A stretch of DNA of 64,000 bases from Chara braunii (GCA_003427395.1 BFEA01000036.1:4123214-4187213); one strand, 5' to 3'; shown: positions 46,031 to 58,686, counted from the stretch's first letter. The notes: generated by a model not told the origin, from the letters alone. Translations and numbers: made by a program.

Positions 46031-48277
46031 TTAATCCTGTGCCTTCGGGGGATTTACCCCTGAGGCACCGGCATGGTGTTGGATCCGGCTCGGGTTCGGA
46101 TGAGGCAACTGCTTTGATTTCTGTAAGGAATGAATAGTCATCTTGGGGTCCTTACCTGCGCTTCCCTTACTTTTTATATTAACTGTTTCCGACGGGAGGC
46201 GCAGGTAACTCAGAAACGAGGACCCCAAGAGAACTTCCTTCTCCTTACTTTTTATATTAACTGTTTCCCACGGGAGGCGCAGGTAACTCAGAAACGAGGA
46301 CCCCAATAGAACTTCCTTTTGTGGAGCCACAAGCAACCAGTCTGCAAGTTCAGTCACGTGGATATTGTCTGTAATTTTCAACTGTTTCAAACTTTCATTT
46401 GTTGGTGACGACAAATGAATCAGTGGGGTCCACGTAAACCCTTTCCGCTCCATTTCTTGAATCTGTGCATCTTCGATCTTGCCCTCCGTGCAGGCGATAT
46501 AGAGACGGGCGAGGGCTCATTGTTCTTCTCAACAGTGTGTATTCCTACATTCAAATTTGGAATCATCCGTATCGGTAGGCCATCCTGAATTAGAGATTTG
46601 ACCTTCCGAGTGATGAATGATTCCGTCAGGCAGTCATTTGCGCTCAAAACCGTACAGGGGATTGCGACTTCCCCGGTTGCACTGGTCTGGGTCAGAAGGA
46701 CTACTTGCTTGTCTCCCGCAGTACAGATGATTGGGATTAGTACTCGTGTCAATGTCATCTGCTGTCTGTTGAGAGTTTGAACATGTCTTGTTGCTCACAG
46801 CGACAACAAGGTCGTTGCCCCTTTCTTATGGACACGTAAAGAGTCGTCGGAACCCCGACTTGAATCCGAATCCTTTTCTTCTTTTCCTCTTCGGTCAACA
46901 TAACCACTCGAATCCGGACGAATCCGGGACCTTTTCAGAGGGGAGAGGCTTGGACCTTTCGTAGGTTTGGCCCAACTGCCCAGAACTTCTTCTAGGGCCC
47001 TGGACGCGTCTGCATCCGCTGCATCGATATTAACTTTGTTAACTGGGCTGATTCGCCTTGCATCCGCATCTGAGTTCTCAGACAGTTTGGATGGGTGATC
47101 CTGTCCCTCCGACCCATGCACCGATGGTTCTTTGGACGTTCTACTATCCTGTCCAGATTTAACCGAATCTCGTGAAATGGTTTTTTCTTTCATCCACTGA
47201 GTCTTTCTTTGCCTTTTTGGTTTCAGTGCGCGTTTCAGATTTGGCGCCCTCTAAACTAAGACCAGGTCTTCGGGCCTTGCCTTGCGGTTTCTTCTGAAAT
47301 CTATTCCATCCACTGGCAGGTGGGGTTTCCCCCACAGGGACAAAGCCCAAAAAGGGGGGAACAGGAAGTGGTTCCTTAACCGCCTGATCCTCAAAGGGGT
47401 TTCATTCCGCTGCAGGACAACAGTTGTCAGATTTATCATGGTAGTGTACTCTGCAGGTCTCACACCATGGGGTCGCTGCCGAGATAACTTCCACGTGATA
47501 CTTTCCCTTTCTAGGGATTCCAATTATCATCTTCTTTTTTACTCTGAATTCTGACAGTGGATCCAAATCGAAACGCACAATGCCCAATTCTGGTTCATCT
47601 TCATTTTTCTCGAAGGGGTGCACCTTCACCACGCGTCCGAAATTCCTTTCTACCGCTGAAGCGGTGCCATTAATTGCGCTGGGACATTTATGCAGCGAAT
47701 CCAAAAAATCTTGGGTTCCCCTGTACTCCTGAAAATTTTCATTTCTGTCATCCATCCACGGATGAAAAGTAATTTCGTATAATTTCCCTTTTAATTCAAT
47801 GGTTACTTCGCGTTCCTGGTGAAGCCATTCCACGATTTCCTTGGTGCTTGCCACATAAGTGGCGAGGTTCCTCCCTTCATTCTGATAACGACCACGTTTG
47901 GTGTCAAGTCTCACATCGCCACTATCGTGCCATGAATTTTCATATATACGCACCAGTTGTTTCTTGACATCATTTAACAGATTCCGACCCTCGTGGTGAT
48001 ACAAAATCGTGACCGCATGTTCTCTTAGCCATTCAGTTTGTGCGTCTGAAAAGTCCTCATCGAGGTCCAATCTGGCAAAGTCCTCTCCGAGTTCGGTTAC
48101 CCCAATACAAAGTCCTGTTGGAAGCAACCCCTCATGAAAGCATGCATCAAGCAGTTTCCTAATATAGGTTTTTTCTTCGGTTGTATAGATTCGCTTCTCG
48201 TCTGGATTCTGTCTCGTTTCCTGACAGGCGTATAAATTCGGAAGGTTGGTTTCCATCTTCGTCAATTTGGTGAACAA
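46031..48277 (-). pseudogene. LINE ORF1, disrupted
   Basis: Position upstream of ORF2; FHPWMD motif, knuckle-like CETCRVHYHDKSDNC, basic/Ser-rich linker, and a 78-bp in-frame tandem duplication near 46165-46320. Confidence 0.8.
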
Positions 48278-49293
48278 CCAACGGAAAACTAACTAGAGGA
48301 GGGAAAAACCTAGGATTCTTCAATCGTTGTTTACTCTAAGCACTTAGCATGTAATTATAGCTATAGGCCTCATATAAATTAAAATTAAGTTAGATTTGCC
48401 GGCTCAATTCCAAGTAAGGGGCTTACCCTTGTCATCATCCAGTGAGGCTAACGCAACTTGCACGAGGTGTAAACAAGGCATCTCATATCTGAAGACGGCA
48501 ACCTCTGAAGCCGGCAGCATCCTTCTGTCCGTGGACACTCTTGATGGAGATTCTCTTGGTAGCAGCGACAACGTGAGCAAGGTGATGTAAGCCCAAGGTG
48601 GCGATCCGCTTCGAGCCTCCCTAGGAGAAACATTCACCCTGTCCGACCCTTAGGACAGTTGCCATCCAAGCCAGTTGGTAGTGAGTTCTCATGACCGCAG
48701 TGGAAAAATAGCGGGCGGGAGGCGTCCCAAATACCTGGGAGTTGACGATAGCACGCGCCGTAGCTAGGTACGACAGCTGCTCTGAGCGGTGCGTTAGCGC
48801 CGCCGGAAACAGCGCTCGAAGCGGCCCGCTGCCCCCAATCTGAAAAGTTCGGAGGCTCAAGCCGGAGGAAAATTTCCGCGAGTCCTCCCTGAAGTGACTG
48901 TTCTGGGTTCTAAGGTGATAGGTGCCAAGTCTTTTGCCCTGACATAGATTATCTGACAGCAAGGAACCAGAGTAGGTAGAGAACCCCTCTCTGACACCGC
49001 CTTAGAGTCTTAGAGATGATACTCAAAAGATCAATGTAGTCAGAGGTTTAATATTGCGCCATAAAGAACCACATTCTCGAAGGCATGATCGAACGAACTC
49101 ACGCTACAGAGTTCAGACCTTCTACTCTATGCCCCTCAGTCTGTCATGAGGGACTCCACCCTCTCCATTTATAATCCTACCTCATGCTAGCACATAACCG
49201 GGCACGCTAAATTTTTGAAAACCTGTTTACGGGAAAATAAAATCAAAAGTAAAAAGTAAAAAGTAGGCTTATCGAATTGCAAAAATGGCGAAT

Positions 49294-50170
49294 GGCCTTT
49301 AGCTCAGTGGGTGGAGCACCGCTTGGAATTTGGAAATGCGCACTGTGGTATTAGTCTCCTGATTCATGTTGTGTAACGGACGCTGGACCCGTTTTCCAGC
49401 AGGTGACGCTCCCCAGGTGCTAGTGATGCCTGCTCTTATCAACAGCACTAGCACAGCAGGGGGCGTGTTTAAAAAAAAAAAAAAAACACTCCACTAGTCT
49501 TGGGCTCACACATGGCAATTATTACAGACACTGCCTGCAACCCCCATTGGCAAGGGGTCTTAGTCCAATGGTTGTCGTATGCTGGTAGCAGGCCTTGGGG
49601 GAGGGCTGTTTGAGTGGTTGGCCTTCGGGTGGTCCTACGAGAGTGTGTGTGGGTGTGTGGGTGTGTGGGTGTGTGTGTGTGTGTGTGTGGTCCAATGATC
49701 TCTGGGTCATGTCTCATGTACTCACCACGGGCGAGGTAGACGAGTTAGTTCGAGTAGAGGTCTTAGGTCTAGATTAGGTGTGTCCAGTTGATGTGGCTCA
49801 GTGGTTAGAGCACCCGTTGGAAATGTGCATTGTGGTATGAGGTTGTGGGTTCAAAACTCAATTGCAACCTTGCGCATGGACACCGGTAGGGCGTTAGATT
49901 GACGCATGGCTGGACATACACTGCCCTTGGGCTGACGCATGGTACTATTACAGACACTGCTTGCGCACCACCCAAGGGTTGTTCATGCCATTCATGATGT
50001 TGTATGTTGGTTCTGGGTTTCACATGGGTTGCTTGGGGGTGTTGGTCTGGGGTGTTCTGTTGATCTCCCCAGTCTGGCATATCACACGTCCGTGCCATTT
50101 CCGCTAGTCGTTCACATGGTAGAGTCATTCGATTACATGTTATAAGGTCACGGGTTCGAGCTTGGTTCGG
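49294..50170 (+). repeat. Cluster of degenerate tRNA-like (Pol III A/B box) units
   Basis: TAGCTCAGTGG (49299), TAGTCCAATGG (49561), TGGCTCAGTGGTTAGAGC..GGTTCAAA (49794-49854), GGTAGAG..GGTTCGAGC (50118-50161). Confidence 0.6.
49378..49486 (+). mobile_element. LINE family A 3' tail
   Basis: ggacgctggacccgttttccagcaggtga, stem-loop and poly(A). Confidence 0.85.
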
Positions 50171-51706
50171 ACCTTCGGGTTGTCCAACTTACCCCGTTCT
50201 CTCTTCAATATACACACATGATGCTGCCTATCGATACAGAGCACACACAGCCTTCGGGTATGTACATAGCTTGCAGATTATACATTGCCTACGGGCTACA
50301 TACACAAGTTTCCACACATGGTGTTGTCTGTACATCTTCATACATAGATACACGGAGCATACATAGCCTTTGGGTATACACATACATTGCGAACTACACA
50401 ATTATCCGACTGGGGGGGTCTAGTCACTAGGTGGGGTCTAGTATCTGCAGTAGGTACAGGTAAGGGCCGCCGGAGTTCCTACTGATATTCTGATAGAACC
50501 GTCTGGTGGCTAGATACGGCTTAGACCCTAGGGTAAGGATAGTGGTATAAGTCGCTCAGGCCAGTCCAAGTTCCGCCTGGCCTTGGGTAAGCTAGGAGAA
50601 GCTTAGGATAGTAAGACTGCTTCAATGGGTGCTACCTTGTCTAAACCTAGGGCCAGAGTCTCTTGGGGCCTGTAGTAGATTGTCTGGGCCTGGCGTCCGA
50701 AGTTCCCATTCGACAATGCTCGTCCGATTCCGCTTCCACCAGGGCTGGGCAACCTATCAGCCCTGGTGCCTTTCACTACTGTTCGGTCCAAGTTATCTGC
50801 CCATTTGTCGGGTAGTGGTCCTGAGTGCTGGTCACACTGTGGTAGGATAGTGGGATAGGGGGTGCGCTACGATTATTGACGTGAGGATGGGATGGGAGGT
50901 GGTCTCATATTCCAGGACACCCACGGCCTACTGCCCCAGGTGATCACTGTGTACTGAGTGACTGGCCTCTACAACACCATGGTCTACATTAGGTGCGGTA
51001 GGAATTTGTGTGGAGATTGTGGGCTTGTCTGTGTGTGCCGTTCTGTGGGTGTGTCATGGGTGTGACTGGGTACTGTAGTCACATGGGTGTGACTGGGTAC
51101 TGTAGTCATTTCCGGGCCTCATGGTACACCCGCGAGAGTCCATACTGCATTGCAGATCCTGGTCCTGGTCTGTCTACACTCTCTACACCCCCCTTGAGTA
51201 GTGGTAAGGGTTGTGTGTTAGGCATAACATTATACGATTCCCAAGGATGGGCCTCAAGTCTATCTTACGATGCTTGCGGGCTGGGCTTCATCTCGGCTGG
51301 TAGGTTGTAACTGTCTGCGTTCCCATTGCGGGGGGTCGTTGGGGCATGAATCTGGGGAAGGGTCTCTGGGTAGGGGTCTCATCTTAGGCATGGAGGGTGG
51401 GTTGTCGCATTGATAGTAGAAGGGTGGTAGACACCCATAGAATCTGCTAGATGTGATATAAGTGGGGAATGACCACATATCTCTGACCCCTCCTGTGTCC
51501 ATGTCATCCTTGAGAATTCAGGGTGTCCCTATGGTAGCACCCAGGGCCTAGAGGTATTCGTCTGAGACCCTCAGAAGGCGCCGGTTGATGTAGGTCCAGG
51601 TCTAGAGACAGGTCCTGGTTGCACCGCTGTAGGGCTCGACTTGCGATCTGATTAGGACAACAAAACAATTTCACGAATGATGCCCCATGGCCCCTTGGAG
51701 GAGACT

Positions 51707-54044
51707 TGTGACGCCCAACCTCATGCCCAGCGCGACTTCCTGATCGAAGTGTGATGGGGGCCCGAAAGTGTGAAAAGGGGGTGTGCCAAGGATTTTAGGA
51801 AAGTGGGGGTGGAGTCCCGGGTCGGAACTGAGATCTCCGGTGGCAAGTTCAAGGGTAGTGGTGCAAGATGGTACGCGAACTTCAAGATCGTTTTTGGGAT
51901 TATCTCCTCTGCCAGTTGCGTCGCGGTGGTCGGTTCCTCATCTGGTGAAACAGTGGGTCGTGGGGGCTGGTACGCGGTTCGATCAGTTGTGGGCGCCGCT
52001 CGATTCCGGTTCGGGTTTGCCGGGTAATTTCCAAAGGTCGATACACCTGATGTCGCTGGCACTTTTCACACGATGGGCGGGGCTAGTAGCGGGTTATGGA
52101 ATTCCACACACCACTGTGAGTTGATGATAGGGAACGAGGAGATGGAAGGGAGGAAAGTTGGTAGCAATAACGACGAAGCCCGGAGATATGTAATATTGAG
52201 TGTTGTCAGTATCCGGGTAGTTCGGGCCCCGGGGATCATTAGTTATGGCCCGGTGGAAGTCCCGTGCGCACAGTCGATCGTGCTCCGTCACACAAGGGAA
52301 TTCCGGGTTTCTCAAGTTTCCCCGCCGTTTGAGATGCTCACCCTCCCAATATTCGCGATACTTTGGGTCCCTCAGGGTCTTACGATCCAAGAGCGGGTTC
52401 TTACAGCCATATCTGATTAGTGAACTCGATCTCCCGCATCCTCATAATAGTCAGGGTCGAGGTCGACTCATGCAGGCGCGCGCGTACGCTGCAACTCAAT
52501 TTTCTTGAGATTGCCGTTGTGTGTGATCGTGCACTTAAGCGAAAGTAGATCGGTCTTGGGTTCGGCGTGCCGATTGCGTTTGTCTTGTGGGCAGCTATCC
52601 TACACATGCTATGTTACGTGAAATTCGTACATTGCATTCACCTCCATGTCATGCATGTGACAAAAGGAGAGAGAAGTGGAAAGGACAATCAACACCTCCT
52701 ACACATGCCATGCCATATTCTTGATTATCTGTTGTTGATCAAGGACTAACGATTAAACCCAAACATCCGCCACGAGTGCTCGCAATCAGATCTGAGAGTG
52801 TTGCTTACTAAATGAATCATAGAAGGTGACGAAAAGACAGGCGCCACAAAACAAGATTGGAAATCCGAAGAGATCATTAACGAGGAGAAAGGTTCACATC
52901 CGTTCCATGCATACATTCGAGGCAAAGACGACAAAGGAAACCCGGGTCAATTTACAAGGAACGACCGCAATAAGATCGGCCAAAATGGAAACCAAATTTA
53001 TACAAATAAAGGGGAGAAGAGACCTCATCCCACACACAGCTGCTTTCTCTCTCCCTCTACTTCCCGATGCGGGCAGTCTGTCGCCGCACATCAACACTGA
53101 GTTGTCACCCCGCTTGGTTCGAGCATGCAAGCCAGGTTCGCCCCTGCGCCACACTCTGTCCCGAGCCGCACGTCAACCCCGCATACCCGACACCAGATCG
53201 TCGGATCGCCCAACTCTCTCATCGACTCACCTCTTCCCGCTAACTCGTTAGCTAACCCTCATTGATCACGCTAACTCCAAGGTGCATAGAGAGCAAACTA
53301 ATCGCGCTTGCGAAATTTATAGCATGCATGCTTGCGCAAAGGATACGGGATTAAGCCCAAGTGGTCAGAAGGAGAAGAGAGGAAGTGCCTACGTCTGCAT
53401 GGCCCGACCGCGGTGTGGGGGTCGTAGCCGCACTTCGCGCATCGATCCGGTCATGCATGCATTCAGGCCAATTAGAACGGAACATTAAGCACGCAAGACA
53501 AAGGAAAAGAAGGCGGACAAACATGAAGAAATCAAGAAAGACAAAAGATACAGTTACCATCGCGCCCGCCAAAAGCGACATTTGCACAAGATTAAGGGCG
53601 CGATCTAGTCAGAGCCAAGTTCCCAGCGCAGGAAGAGGCGCGCAAGCGAGGCGCAATCAAAATTCAGAGTATTTAAATTCCTAGCCTAAGTCCTAATTGC
53701 AAAAGGAAATTTCGAAAAGCCCAAAAACAGTTCCACGAGCTCGAAAAAACGATATTCCCGCGCGATGATCTCGCCAAAAATTCCTAGTGCTCATAGCATA
53801 ACAAGAAAGAAGCCATGGCGACCGTTCCATCGCGCTCGCTAAGGCGTGGTTACCCAATCGTTGGCGCGGGACTTTCCCGACACCGACCCGACAGATTTCC
53901 ACAAAAAAAAACGAAAGAAACGAGGGCATCCATGCAATTTGCCCGACCGACCCACCTACCCACAACTCATCCGTCCGACCCATTCATTTCCCCAAGGCAG
54001 CTTCGCGCAGAAAGTCGCGCAATTACAGAAGATGGTTCGTCACA
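51707..54044. mobile_element. Possible long solo LTR
   Basis: Inverted termini TGTGACG...CGTCACA; a second TGTGACGCCCAA start follows at 54047; no TSD found. Confidence 0.4.
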
Positions 54045-55391
54045 TATGTGACGCCCAAGGGTTTCCAATCTTGAGCAAGCTCCTGCTTGCTCTCTCATCA
54101 GGCGCTGATCGGTTGTCCGATGATCGACGCGGAGCCGACTCGTGCCACTTACCGTAGGATCTGAGTGTGGAAGTCATCCACGTGGCATGCATGTGCTCAA
54201 TCCAAAACGTTCCCCGGGAAAGGTAATCTGATAACGGGCGGAGGAGGTGGTGGATGGACTTGGGGAAGGGGAGGTATGAAGCGGCGAATCTCCCTGTCAC
54301 TGGTGGGGATCCGGGTGTAGTGGACGGTGCGGTGGATGCGGGAGAATCGTGGGTGGGCGCGTTGATGAGGGAGAGAGGCGAGATAGTTGGGGTAGAGAGT
54401 GGAGAGGGTGCGTGGGATTGCAACGCGGAAGCTCTCATAATTTTCACAGGCGGGGACTGTACCCGAGATGATGCAGTAAACTTCAATATTGTTAAATTCC
54501 CGTCAGGCCATACTGAAGAGAAGGACATGGAGAGGGAAGGAGGCAACAAAGGAACGGGTGGTAGCATGAGGGACGATGGTGACGATAAGGCGGGTGGAGT
54601 AAAATTGGTGGAAGAGAGTGGGCGGGAAGGGGCACCATCCATCAGGGAACGGGGTTCGACCCAGGAGCTGGTGGGGGGTGAGGAAGTTGAAGTGAACATC
54701 GGCTTTGGACCTGATGTAGGGGCTGGTAGGGGCGGACACCTGCGGTTTCATGAAGTACCCTTTTTGTTTTCCCCCCGAAGTGAACATCTGCTTCAGACCC
54801 GATGTAGGGGCTGGTAGGAACAGACTCCTGGGTCCAAGTCCCAGTAGCTTGGATTCTTTATTTCTGGCCGTTGATTTTAACAGCCTAGGGCCAGAAATGA
54901 AGAATTATTGGGGCCAAGTCCAACTTACCGAACGAGCATGAGCGTGGGGACCACCACTTAGGGCCCATGGGAGTTCATCAACGACTACGCTCAGAGATTT
55001 CTTCCAACTAGCGAAACAGAGCCGGATGTCAGTAAGTTTTTTTTTTTTTATCGATTAAAGCACTAGTACCTCCGCCAGTGTTGGAAAAATAGGGAAAAGT
55101 GGACGTTTTCCCAAACTCCTAAAATGTCGGAGGCCGGGCCCGAAGACGGCTGCCATTGATAAATCTGATCGGCGGCCATCGTTTCGTTTCCGCCTCCGAA
55201 AAGGCAGGAGGTCCACCTGAGGCCCGCTGAAAAAAAAAAGAAAGAAAAAGAAAAAAAAGGGCATCCTGGAAGTGACTCAGATTACCGTCATATTCACAGG
55301 CATGAATGCACTCAATACCAAATTGTGGCTGCATTCAGGAAATTGCACTCTTCAGGAATGCATGTACAGGCTTCGTAAGCAAAACAACAGT

Positions 55392-55429
<38 letters not shown>

Positions 55430-56292
55430 GTAACTTTGTTTTGCACATCGAAACAGAATTTGAGGATGCTTTTACCCGTCGTAACCAACACAACAGCAGG
55501 TGGTGGTCCCCACTCTCATTTCATTTCACATCTTCATGGTCTCCCAAACAGCTTTCAGGTCTGCTCAGTTGTTGCTGAGGCTCCATCTATTGGTGGGGAC
55601 CACCACCTGCTGGCAATCCAGGCACCCGGCTCACAACATATAGTGTCAAGACTACAGGATAGACAACCACAGGTCACAGCAGGTGGTGGTCCCCACCACC
55701 TGCGAAGTGTATACTCCCCTACTGAAGGGGTCGCATGAGAGTCAAGTGCGCAGAGCGAGTGAGAGTACTACTACAACTATGCACGGGTGGGGTGAATGCC
55801 AAGTCCAGTATGTCTCCACTTTGGATGCTCTCTATCAATTCCATAACAGAAACCCCTCCAAGCTGATGTTTCAGGGTGGGGGGCGGGGGGGGGGGACGGA
55901 GGCGGGGGGGAAGGAATTGCATCATAGTTACACCACTCCAACGACCCCTGCCTGCAAATTTCTTGTCTACAACTACCCGGCAAAAATTTACGTGCCCAGA
56001 GGCCAAGTCCCGCTAGCAGCGTTGGATCTCCTCGACACCCGAATCTGGACGTCTTTGAGGAGATGTGAGGTTGGGGAAACTCAACGCGATTTTCTGCTCA
56101 TCTCCACAATCACGTCCAGATTCAGGCGTTGAGGAAACTCAATGCTGCTAGTGGGACTTGGCTCCACGCCCGGTAGAGGTTCGGTGGGGAAGGGTACTAC
56201 AACCATTTTTCCCGCACGGTGGCACTGCAGATTCTTTTTTTAGGCCCGGGGATATGCAACTCTTGGCTTGTCAAAAAAAAAAAAAAAAAGTG

Positions 56293-56466
56293 GTCCGGAT
56301 GGAGTGGTGGTTTAGGGGTGGTTAACTCATCCAGTTTGTACGGCTGAGGTCAGCGGTTTGATTCCCTAGTCGGAAAAATTTGGGCGCTCCTGCAGTGGCC
56401 TGTACGTTTCTTAAAATTGTGGCTTGTATACGGGCACTACTTTAGCAAGTAGCAAGTACTGGTGGT
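56293..56466 (+). mobile_element. tRNA-like head fused to the right half of the TTAA MITE
   Basis: B-box-like GGTTTGATTCC, then ctagtcgga..gggcgctcctgcagtggcctgtacg..AGTACTGGTGGT-TTAA. Confidence 0.55.
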
Positions 56467-56849
56467 TTAAATGTGTCGAGTGACTGCGGGCCTACTCACA
56501 CCCTGACTTTATCTAGTACAATTATCTGGATGTGATTGCTGTCAGATTCATCCAGGTCTGCCGTAACTGTAGGCCGATGCATTTAGGAAAGTGATAGGGT
56601 GAGTAATGATGTGGCATGGGAGGTGTTCTGAAACTGCACAGGGCGAATGTCGTGACTCGTTCGGATCCCACCATAGACCACCACCCTCCAAAACTCGTGG
56701 CTACATATGCGCCACAATTTCGCAGCGAATGTCAGGGTGGGCTTCGGGGTGGGGGGAGATGGATTCCATGATGAGACGGGCCCACTTGGGACTTGATGTT
56801 GCGCACTGCCCCGTGGGACTAATTGTTAGAGGCAACCGGCATACTAATG

Positions 56850-56990
56850 GGGCTAGCCCAGCTGGTACACCCATGAGCTGTTGAAATACAGACACCTAGT
56901 TCGAATTCGGAAGCCCTCAGATTGTAAACTCCCTGACGCCAGTCAGTCTAATGATGATATATCAAGACCGTCTTCGGAAAAAAAAAAAAA
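56850..56990 (+). mobile_element. tRNA-derived SINE, variant middle region
   Basis: Same head (ggtacacccatga.ctgttgaaatac..gttcgaa) and tail (aatgatgatat.tcaagaccgt, poly(A)). Confidence 0.75.
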
Positions 56991-57058
56991 CTTAGGCTGC
57001 ATGAAGCTGTTCAGCCAGAACATGTGCGACCAACAACAGTGTCCAATACCCTAGACCC

Positions 57059-57157
57059 GGGGCTAGGTCCCACTTGCACGAATTAAGAGATACTGACCGT
57101 AGATAGCAAAGATCAACGGCCGAAATCTCCTAATTTGCGCAAGTGGGACCTTGCCCC
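57059..57157. mobile_element. Hairpin MITE (~100-bp palindrome)
   Basis: ggggctaggtcccacttgcacgaattaagagat / atctcctaatttgcgcaagtgggaccttgcccc. Confidence 0.8.
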
Positions 57158-57158
57158 C

Positions 57159-57310
57159 GAGCTCAGTGGGTACACCCAATGCATGAACTGTTGAAATACA
57201 AACCCGAGTTCGCATCCAGATGATGGAACTTGATTGATGAGTAAAACAAAATATTTCTGAATTACCTGAATTGGGCCGGTCAGCTCAATGATGGTATCTC
57301 AAGACCGTTG
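57159..57310 (+). mobile_element. tRNA-derived SINE
   Basis: Homologue of 10871-11051 and 30108-30265. Confidence 0.85.
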
Positions 57311-57375
57311 GGTAGAGGGGGAAAGAACTCACAAAACCATTACAAAACCTTAACTTCACTTTAACTGTTGAATTG

Positions 57376-57413
57376 CTGTCTCTTATACACATCTAGATGT
57401 GTATAAGAGACAG
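57376..57413. other. Nextera mate-pair junction adapter (assembly artefact)
   Basis: Exact 38-bp junction adapter. Confidence 0.99.
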
Positions 57414-57569
57414 GCGTATCCCTTTTTCACGGAGACGTTCACTCCGACTGTTCCAGACATGTTTCATTTCTCCGAGTTACGTTATAAAAAATAAGGAGAA
57501 AAGTTGTTTCTAGCATTTTTTTCAGTTTTTGTATTTATTGTTTCGAATTTATTAATGTCGAAATGGCCA

Positions 57570-57661
57570 GACCCCAGGTGCCAGTGGTGACTGCTTTTAT
57601 CAGCGTCACTATCACTGGCGGGGGTTTTTGTCCAAAAAAAAAAAAAAAAGAAAAAAAAAAA
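57570..57661 (+). mobile_element. LINE family A 3' tail (stem-loop only)
   Basis: ccccaggtgccagtggtgactgcttttatcagcgtcactatcactgg followed by poly(A). Confidence 0.75.
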
Positions 57662-58000
57662 CTAGGCTGGTCCCCAGGCGGCCTCGGCTTGGGGAACGTC
57701 GCCTGGGTACCCTCCCGGGCGGCCCGGCCCGGGCAGTGGCCAGGTGGGGTCCCGGGCAGCCCCAGCGCATAATATTAAAAACAAAAAAGTTCAAAAAATT
57801 CAAAAAAATCTGGAAAAAAAATATGTTGTATAAAATTGCAGTAGAAGCAACTTTTGGCCGAGGGTGCCCTCAAAATTCCTGATTAGTTTTAAGATAAAAA
57901 TAAAGAAGGAGAAATGAGGTAAGATATACCCTTTTTATACCCCTCTTGTAACTGTTTAGAGTACCTTTATACCCCCCAAACACTCCTGGGTGACCCACCA

Positions 58001-58045
<45 letters not shown>

Positions 58046-58223
58046 ATGGAAGGTAAGGCCGGAGTCTGACTACTCAGGCCGAGCGCAATCCTGGCCTGAA
58101 GTCAGGTTCCTTTTTTTGGAGATCCTTCCCTTTGTTTTTTTTTTTATCCGCCTGGTTTTGTCGGGCGATCCCCTCCGGCCCACCTGGCCCAGACATGCCT
58201 GGCCGGGCGACGGCCCAGCCTCG
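57662..58223. mobile_element. Non-autonomous DNA transposon related to 61973-62612
   Basis: CTAGGCTGG...CCAGCCTCG ends, GC-rich ccgggc subtermini, AT-rich core. Confidence 0.5.
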
Positions 58224-58682
58224 TAAAAAACGTTTACTTTAACTGGCGACCTAAGAGTAGGCGGTTAGTTAGTTATAGCTATCGAGAGATTTGTTAGATT
58301 CTCTTGGATTGAATACTATTAGGACTTTCACAGCTCGCCAAGTCGGGTTTAAATTTGTGTTTTTGTTTTGGATTGGATAGGACACATAGTGAGTCAGGTT
58401 TCGTGCTTTCGTTCACTTGGATAACCGTGGTTGGGGCTCTGCTTGGCCGGAGAGCCTTGCTCAGCTCGAGAACTGCGGACCCTTTGCCAGTGTGAGGGAC
58501 GCTGGGCCCGGTTCCCAGCATATAATAATAATTGCCGTTCTGGTTTAAAAAAAAAAAAAAAAAAAACGAGAAAAACAAAAGAGAACTGCCGACAATAGCC
58601 TCCCAGAAACCCGCACGACAGTGGACACACCAGCCGAGCCAACAAAATGGACTCCCGACACCCCAGTCATTATCGACTACCT

Positions 58683-58686
<4 letters not shown>

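Larger units (their letters stand above)
41479..48895 (-). mobile_element. Full-length L1/Tx1-type LINE (family B), decayed
   Basis: Long poly(A) tail, ORF1 and ORF2, ~620-bp 5' UTR, 14-bp TSD gactgttct(a/g)ggtt (41465-41478 and 48896-48909). Confidence 0.93.

Noticed and set aside
48770-48895. HDV-like ribozyme at the LINE 5' end
   Set aside because: I could not build the nested double pseudoknot by eye.
49790-49860. Functional tRNA gene
   Set aside because: A and B boxes are present, but there are no convincing acceptor or anticodon stems.
54040-54817. Overlapping Pro/Ser-rich and Gly/Glu-rich ORFs
   Set aside because: Explained by purine/pyrimidine strand skew; no recognisable motif.
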